Source: Bdellovibrionales bacterium (GTDB taxonomy: Bacteria > Bdellovibrionota > Bdellovibrionia > Bdellovibrionales > UBA840). Taken from it: DNA of 13,248 bases. Made by a program: the position numbers and the translations under genes. The notes under the pieces were generated by a model, which ran no database searches, was not told the DNA's origin, and was given only the letters and a program-made list of their open reading frames with translations. Location of the stretch: positions 1 through 13,248 of the forward strand of contig JBBKWS010000209.1 of the NCBI GenBank assembly GCA_037969075.1, in the 5' to 3' direction. Positions 8,500-13,248 of the stretch are shown here, one piece after another. Every line of letters begins with the position of its first letter. Positions within the stretch are counted from its first letter, which is position 1.

Positions 8500-9174
8500 A
8501 TGAAAGAAAAAATCCAACAATTAACCAGAAGAGATAAAGTCTTTTTACTCTTAGGTGGCATATTTGTGACCAATGCCATCGTCGCCGAGCTCATTGGCGG
8601 AAAATTATTTGCCATCGGCCCATTTGTAATGAGCATGGGAATACTGCCTTGGCCCATCGTATTTTTAACTACCGATTTAATCAATGAACATTACGGCAAA
8701 GACGGCGTTAAGTTTTTAACCTATTCAACCGTCGGCTTGATTGCATTTACATTTTTACTATTATTTATGGCCCTACATATTCCGGCGGTAGACTTCTCCC
8801 CTGTGGATGACCAGTCATTTTACACTGTATTTGGTCAATCCAATTGGATCATTGTTGGCAGTATTACGGCTTTTTTAGTCTCTCAGCTTTTAGATGTGGC
8901 TATTTTTTGGTTTTTTAAAAACAGGACAGGAAATAAAAAACTTTGGTTAAGAGCCACAGGCTCTACCGCCATCTCTCAATTGATTGACACTTTTGTGGTT
9001 GCTGGAATTGCTTTTTGGTTACCAGGAAAAATCACCACAGCAAATTATGTAACACTATCTTTTACTAACTATAGCTATAAACTGGGGATCGCCATCGCCC
9101 TCACTCCACTGATTTATTTAGGGCATCATTTAGCAACTAGGTATTTAGATAAAGATAAGCTGACTACGCCTTAG
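8500..9174 (+). CDS. yhhQ: Queuosine precursor transporter (YhhQ / VUT family, COG1738)
   Basis: 224 aa, multiple TM segments. Motifs FLTTDLINEHYG, GSITAFLVSQLLDV, WLRATGSTAISQLIDT and YKL. Confidence 0.9.
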   Translation: MKEKIQQLTRRDKVFLLLGGIFVTNAIVAELIGGKLFAIGPFVMSMGILPWPIVFLTTDLINEHYGKDGVKFLTYSTVGLIAFTFLLLFMALHIPAVDFSPVDDQSFYTVFGQSNWIIVGSITAFLVSQLLDVAIFWFFKNRTGNKKLWLRATGSTAISQLIDTFVVAGIAFWLPGKITTANYVTLSFTNYSYKLGIAIALTPLIYLGHHLATRYLDKDKLTTP

Positions 9175-9526
9175 GCTCTACAGTGATGTCCATTTTATGT
9201 TGTCCAGATAGAACTAAATGTGTGATCAAAAAAGTATAGATGGCTAAATAATAAAATATTCTAAATTTTGATGGAACAAAACTGTGCATATAGATAACCG
9301 CGGGGCTTATTAAAAGTGGGACCAAAAAAATTAATATAAAGTTTCTTTGATGTGCATCGTTACTATGCGCTCTAAGTGTTGATTGACAGGACGGGCAAGT
9401 AAAAGTCACACCCTCTTTATCAGCCGTAATTCGCCGATTAGCGCTAAATAAAAAAATAGGCAGTCGTTTTTGACAAGCTGGACAGTTTTTACGCTTCATA
9501 TCCACTCTAAATCTAACAAATCGCAC
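9164..9526 (-). CDS. Hypothetical small Zn-ribbon membrane protein; probable real start ATG at 9499
   Basis: CPAC...CPSC pair followed by two hydrophobic helices. ATG at 9499 (MKRKNCPAC) is preceded by GAGTGGA. Converges on yhhQ with an 11-bp overlap. Confidence 0.65.
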   Translation of the reverse strand: MRFVRFRVDMKRKNCPACQKRLPIFLFSANRRITADKEGVTFTCPSCQSTLRAHSNDAHQRNFILIFLVPLLISPAVIYMHSFVPSKFRIFYYLAIYTFLITHLVLSGQHKMDITVEPKA

Positions 9527-9547
9527 AAAGGGTCAAGAAAAGAAACC

Positions 9548-9576
9548 TTGTAAACAAAAATACTAAGCGAGATACT
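9548..9576 (+). promoter_or_regulatory. Putative promoter of the DUF1338-MutS-like pair
   Basis: TTGTAA (9548-9553), 17-nt spacer, GATACT (9571-9576). GAGGT SD at 9585-9589. Confidence 0.45.
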
Positions 9577-9593
9577 TTTTTAACGAGGTATGT

Positions 9594-10391
9594 ATGCAGG
9601 AATTACGCACGTTATTAGATAAACTTTGGATTGATTACACCGGCCTAAACCCTTCGGCTCTTAAAATTCATAATTTATTTGTAGAGCGAGGTGACACTGT
9701 ATTTAACGACCACATCGCCTTTAGAACCTACGAAGGTAAGACTGGCTTAGATAGTTTCGCAAAGCCCTTTATCAAAGCTGGCTACAAAGCCATGGGTGAA
9801 TACGAGTTTGTACAAAAAAAATTATTCGCTAAACATTTTGAGCACGAAAACAAAGAGCTTCCAAAAATATTTATCAGTGAATTGAAGTGGAAAGAATTCT
9901 CTCCGTTTTTACAAAAACAAACCGAAAATATTTTATCTCAAATTAAAGATAGTGATATAGATAACTTTAATTTTTCAGTAGCAGGTAGACTTTGGAATAT
10001 GAATCATGCTGATTACTTAAAATTAGCTGACGAGAGCGAATATGCTGGTTGGCTTGCTGCATTTGGATTTAGAGCTAACCATTTTACGGTAGATGTAAAC
10101 AGACTAAGCTCTTTTAAAACTTTAGAAGACTTAGATACGTTTATTGAGTCGCAAGGATTTAATCTAAATACAAGTGGTGGAAAGATTAAAGGCACTCCAG
10201 CTGAGCTGCTCGAACAATCTTCTACACTTGCTAAAACAATTTCTGTTGCGTTTAATGATGGAAAATTTGAAATACCAGCTTGTTACTATGAATTTGCTAG
10301 GCGCTATCCAGACGCCAAGGGCGATTTGTATCAAGGCTTTATTGCGGCGTCAGCTGACAAAATATTTGAAAGCACGGATCGACAAAGATAA
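9594..10391 (+). CDS. DUF1338 family protein (2-oxoadipate dioxygenase/decarboxylase HglS-like)
   Basis: 265 aa. NDHIAFRT, PKIFISEL, ESEYAGW, ANHFT, LLEQSST, YYEFARRY and ADKIFEST motifs, including the His/His/Glu metal ligands of DUF1338. Confidence 0.9.
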   Translation: MQELRTLLDKLWIDYTGLNPSALKIHNLFVERGDTVFNDHIAFRTYEGKTGLDSFAKPFIKAGYKAMGEYEFVQKKLFAKHFEHENKELPKIFISELKWKEFSPFLQKQTENILSQIKDSDIDNFNFSVAGRLWNMNHADYLKLADESEYAGWLAAFGFRANHFTVDVNRLSSFKTLEDLDTFIESQGFNLNTSGGKIKGTPAELLEQSSTLAKTISVAFNDGKFEIPACYYEFARRYPDAKGDLYQGFIAASADKIFESTDRQR

Positions 10392-12055
10392 TGATAAAAC
10401 GCCTACGCCAAAAAATTAATGTATTACAGAGTGTCGTCAATCGTTTGCAAACCTATAGGCTCTTTAGCTTTTTGCTATTCTTAGCCCTTGTCGTATTTTT
10501 TTACTTTGCAAAACTAACCAATTTATATGTCCCTACCACTCTATTTTTTATGGTCGTATTCTTGTATTTACTAATACGTTTCAAAAAGACAAAAACTCAC
10601 CTACTTGCTTTAGAGCATTTACAAGAGTTTGAAAAAAGACAAACTGCGAGACTATCAGGTACTTACAAGTTGCTAACAACAACTCCCTATGTCGAAGCCT
10701 TCAAAGACTCCCCCTTAAGTAGAGATTTAGATCTAATTGGTGAAAAAAGTTTATACTCTCAAATCAATGAAACCATTACCGCTGAAGGTGATTTGTTCTT
10801 GATCGAAAATATTTTAAATGGATCAAGTACTTATCAAAATACCCCCGCAAGAATTATTGCGTTAAAAAAGCAATACTTAAAAGACAAAAGGCATTTTGTT
10901 AAAATTAAAACTGCTGGGACCTTACTGTTAGAGCCTTTGTTAAAGTGGACTAAAAACCAAGTTGGTATACTGCCAGCAAGTTTTATCAGTGTGTACGTAG
11001 GCTACGCTTTATTTTTAGCGTCACTATTTACTCCCTATAAAAATATTGGTTTATTTGTTTATCTCTTAAGTTACTTTGTTTCATTTTCTAGCTTCTATTC
11101 GGCTTACTCTAAAGCGATTGAACTAGAGGCCTTACTATTTTCTTTAAAAAAACATCTGCAACATTTATTAAAGACCAATTGGATAGAGGCAAAAAGCTTT
11201 ACAAGCCTTAGAAGAGTTTCCACCTGGGTGTCTTTTTTAAGTGTGCAAGCAAACCCTCTTGTACTAGTTCTTTTAAATCTCGTCTTTCCTTGGACTGCAT
11301 TTTTTACCCATCTCTTAACAAGAGCACAAAAAAATGTATCGATTGAGGCCCCCAAATTAATTCAAACTTTAAAAGACTGGGACTATCTATTTTCTCTTCG
11401 CACTCTGTACCAATACCAAACTAAAACTTTTGCGCAGATGTCTACCTCCATTGAATGGAAGGCAAAAGACATCTACCACCCACTGTTAGCAAACCCTAAG
11501 CCTAACTCTTTTGATTTAACGTCCCTTGCTTTAATCACTGGGTCTAATATGTCAGGTAAATCTACCTTTCTTAGAACCATCGGAGTGAATCAAGTTTTGG
11601 CCCATATGGGAGCTCCTGTGTTTGCGTCGTCACTTACTACGTGGCCGGCCGAGATTTTAACTTGTATCCGTGTGAGTGACTCTATAGAGAACGGAATTTC
11701 TTATTTTTATGCCGAAGCCCTACGGTTAAAAGAAGTGGTTTCGAAAGCCTCCCAAAAATCATGTTTGTTTTTAATCGATGAAATTTTTAGAGGCACAAAC
11801 AACAAAGAAAGATTCATTGGGGCTAAGTCTTTAATACTGTCGTTAAGTAAAGGGCCATCCATTGGAATCGTTACTACTCACGATTTAGATTTAGTGGAGC
11901 TAGAAACTTTAACCGACAAAGTTAAGAACTATCATTTTCATGATGAGGTAAAGGGAAAAGAACTCTACTTTTCATTTGAATTGAGGCAGGGTCCATCAAA
12001 GACTACAAATGCTCTACAGATCCTAAAAAATGTCGGCCTGCCTATTTTAGACTAA
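10391..12055 (+). CDS. MutS-related membrane protein (MutS domain V ATPase with N-terminal TM helices)
   Basis: 554 aa. Walker A ITGSNMSGKSTFLR, SYFYAE, Walker B LIDEIFRGTN and TTHD. DLDLIG..SLYSQIN motif and several TM segments; no mismatch-binding domain evident. TAATG overlap with the upstream gene. Confidence 0.9.
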   Translation: MIKRLRQKINVLQSVVNRLQTYRLFSFLLFLALVVFFYFAKLTNLYVPTTLFFMVVFLYLLIRFKKTKTHLLALEHLQEFEKRQTARLSGTYKLLTTTPYVEAFKDSPLSRDLDLIGEKSLYSQINETITAEGDLFLIENILNGSSTYQNTPARIIALKKQYLKDKRHFVKIKTAGTLLLEPLLKWTKNQVGILPASFISVYVGYALFLASLFTPYKNIGLFVYLLSYFVSFSSFYSAYSKAIELEALLFSLKKHLQHLLKTNWIEAKSFTSLRRVSTWVSFLSVQANPLVLVLLNLVFPWTAFFTHLLTRAQKNVSIEAPKLIQTLKDWDYLFSLRTLYQYQTKTFAQMSTSIEWKAKDIYHPLLANPKPNSFDLTSLALITGSNMSGKSTFLRTIGVNQVLAHMGAPVFASSLTTWPAEILTCIRVSDSIENGISYFYAEALRLKEVVSKASQKSCLFLIDEIFRGTNNKERFIGAKSLILSLSKGPSIGIVTTHDLDLVELETLTDKVKNYHFHDEVKGKELYFSFELRQGPSKTTNALQILKNVGLPILD

Positions 12056-12143
12056 ACTTAAAGGCTAATTTTTGTAGAAAAGTTAGGAACTTAGGCGCTT
12101 TGCAATCACATTGGGCAGATTTAACTATATTTTGGCACTAACC

Positions 12144-12172
12144 TTGACTCACCTACCTAAACTGACTAATTT
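12144..12172 (+). promoter_or_regulatory. sigma70 promoter of tRNA-fMet
   Basis: TTGACT (12144-12149), 17-nt spacer, TAATTT (12167-12172), then GC-rich GCCAG. Confidence 0.6.
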
Positions 12173-12177
12173 GCCAG

Positions 12178-12254
<77 letters not shown>

Positions 12255-12422
12255 ATTTTCTTTTCAAAGATTGGGCAAAAAGACAAAATCACTGAACTCC
12301 CAATGTCCCGTTTATCATATTATTGCCGAACCTCGGATCAATTTAATTCTCAGAATAAAAGCAGTTACAGAAGAGCACTGGTAAGCTTTTTGCTTTAGTG
12401 ATTTCTAACAAGGAGTCATTTT

Positions 12423-12934
12423 GTGATAGACCAACCTTCCCCGCAAGAAATCACCCAAAGAATATTTTTTATTCGTGGACTTAGAGTTATGCTGGACTCT
12501 GACTTGGCAGAACTTTATGGAGTAAAAACAGGAATTTTAAACAGGCTGTAAACCGTAATAAAATTAGATTTCCTATGGACTTTATGTTCCAACTTACTGA
12601 AAACGAAGAGGCAATCTTGAGATGCCAAATTGGCATCTCAAGACAAAAAACGGATCAACATGGCGGCAGAAGATATTTACCACTAGTTTTTACTGAGCAA
12701 GGCGTTGCTATGTTATCTAGTGTTCTCAAAAGTGAGAACGCAGTTCTGGTTAATATTGAAATTATGCGAACCTTTGTAAAGCTCCGTGAAATCTTATTAT
12801 CTAATCAGGAACTTGCTGAAAAGCTGACAGAGCTGGAGCAAAAATACGATGTGCAGTTTAAAGCGGTCTTTGAGGCAATCAGAAAACTGATGATGCCACC
12901 TGATCCTCCTCCTCGTCGCCGCATTGGTATTTAA
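12423..12934 (+). pseudogene. ORF6N-domain DNA-binding protein split across two frames (frameshifted pseudogene, sequencing error, or -1 frameshift-expressed gene)
   Basis: AAGGAG (12410-12415) then GTG at 12423 gives [42 protein letters not shown] (stop 12549-12551). The -1 frame continues [19 protein letters not shown]...[24 protein letters not shown]...RRIGI. Joined product is 170 aa with full ORF6N motifs; the track ORF 12575-12934 is only the C-terminal part. Confidence 0.85.
12615..12643. repeat. Perfect 14-bp inverted repeat with 1-nt centre (29-bp palindrome) inside the ORF6N gene
   Basis: TCTTGAGATGCCAA-A-TTGGCATCTCAAGA; the arms are exact reverse complements. Confidence 0.97.
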
Positions 12935-13090
12935 ACATCGATCCAAGTACAATCTTTGAAGCCATCATTCTGACACCGTCTTCTGATGGTTAAAGTGATC
13001 ACCTAACACTTCAATCCCGCGCAAAGTATTTTAAAGCTTGCAGTGAAAATACTTGAACTAAACAATCTGCCCATGAATAATTAACGATAA

Positions 13091-13248
13091 GTGAAAAATA
13101 TTTTCTTTATTTTGATTATTATTTCTTTACAGTTAGCACAACTCAATTGCTATGCTGCCTTATGCGAACCAGGTCGCAACACTCAGTTGCATAATGATGA
13201 AATAGTTACGGTAGATGAGGCCGAAGGCCATCATCATGAAGATACGAC
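13091..13248 (+). CDS. Hypothetical exported His/acidic-rich protein, runs off window end
   Basis: Manual translation from GTG 13091: MKNIFFILIIISLQLAQLNCYAALCEPGRNTQLHNDEIVTVDEAEGHHHEDT..., open to the window end. Signal-peptide-like N-terminus followed by Cys and HHH. Confidence 0.6.
   Translation, partial: MKNIFFILIIISLQLAQLNCYAALCEPGRNTQLHNDEIVTVDEAEGHHHEDT

Noticed and set aside
8466..8684. 72-aa minus-strand ORF
   Set aside because: Antisense to the well-supported yhhQ.
10013..10419. ORFs 10013-10195 (minus) and 10174-10419 (plus)
   Set aside because: Overlap the DUF1338 gene in other frames; no independent support.
11104..11355. 83-aa minus-strand ORF
   Set aside because: Antisense within the MutS-like gene.
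12438..12446. TCCCCGCAA matching the tRNA 3' end (possible att remnant); weaker echo near 13010-13024
   Set aside because: Only 9 bp, inside coding sequence, with no integrase; compatible with chance.
12575..12934. Track ORF treated as a complete 119-aa gene
   Set aside because: It starts mid-domain (FP-MDFMFQ) without an SD; the true N-terminus with AAGGAG/GTG is in another frame from 12423.
12962..12988. CCATCA...TGATGG hairpin after the ORF6N gene as a terminator
   Set aside because: Only a 6-bp outer stem with a large internal loop and no good U-tract.

Overview
AT-rich bacterial chromosome window; the IhfA sequence and gene content suggest Bdellovibrionota/Oligoflexia or a related deltaproteobacterium-like lineage (inference). 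The minus strand carries pheS-pheT-ihfA-merR, running directly into a secreted DUF3015 protein and a DUF4105 (Lnb-N-like, probable outer-membrane) protein, then an orphan type III polyketide synthase and a lipoprotein alpha/beta hydrolase cut by the window edge. The plus strand carries a queuosine-precursor transporter (YhhQ-like), a DUF1338/HglS-family dioxygenase coupled to a membrane MutS-domain-V ATPase, an initiator tRNA-fMet, a split ORF6N-domain gene and the start of a His-rich secreted protein; a small Zn-ribbon membrane protein lies on the minus strand among these. Most notable: (1) the ORF6N gene is interrupted exactly at an in-frame U_UUA_AAC slippery heptamer and contains a perfect 29-bp palindrome encoding its variable motif; (2) the DUF3015/DUF4105/hydrolase module has a terminator-like hairpin that buries the DUF4105 start codon; (3) the tRNA-fMet has a U1:A72 pair and a promoter implying a near-leaderless transcript. 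All family assignments come from motif recognition by eye, not database searches.
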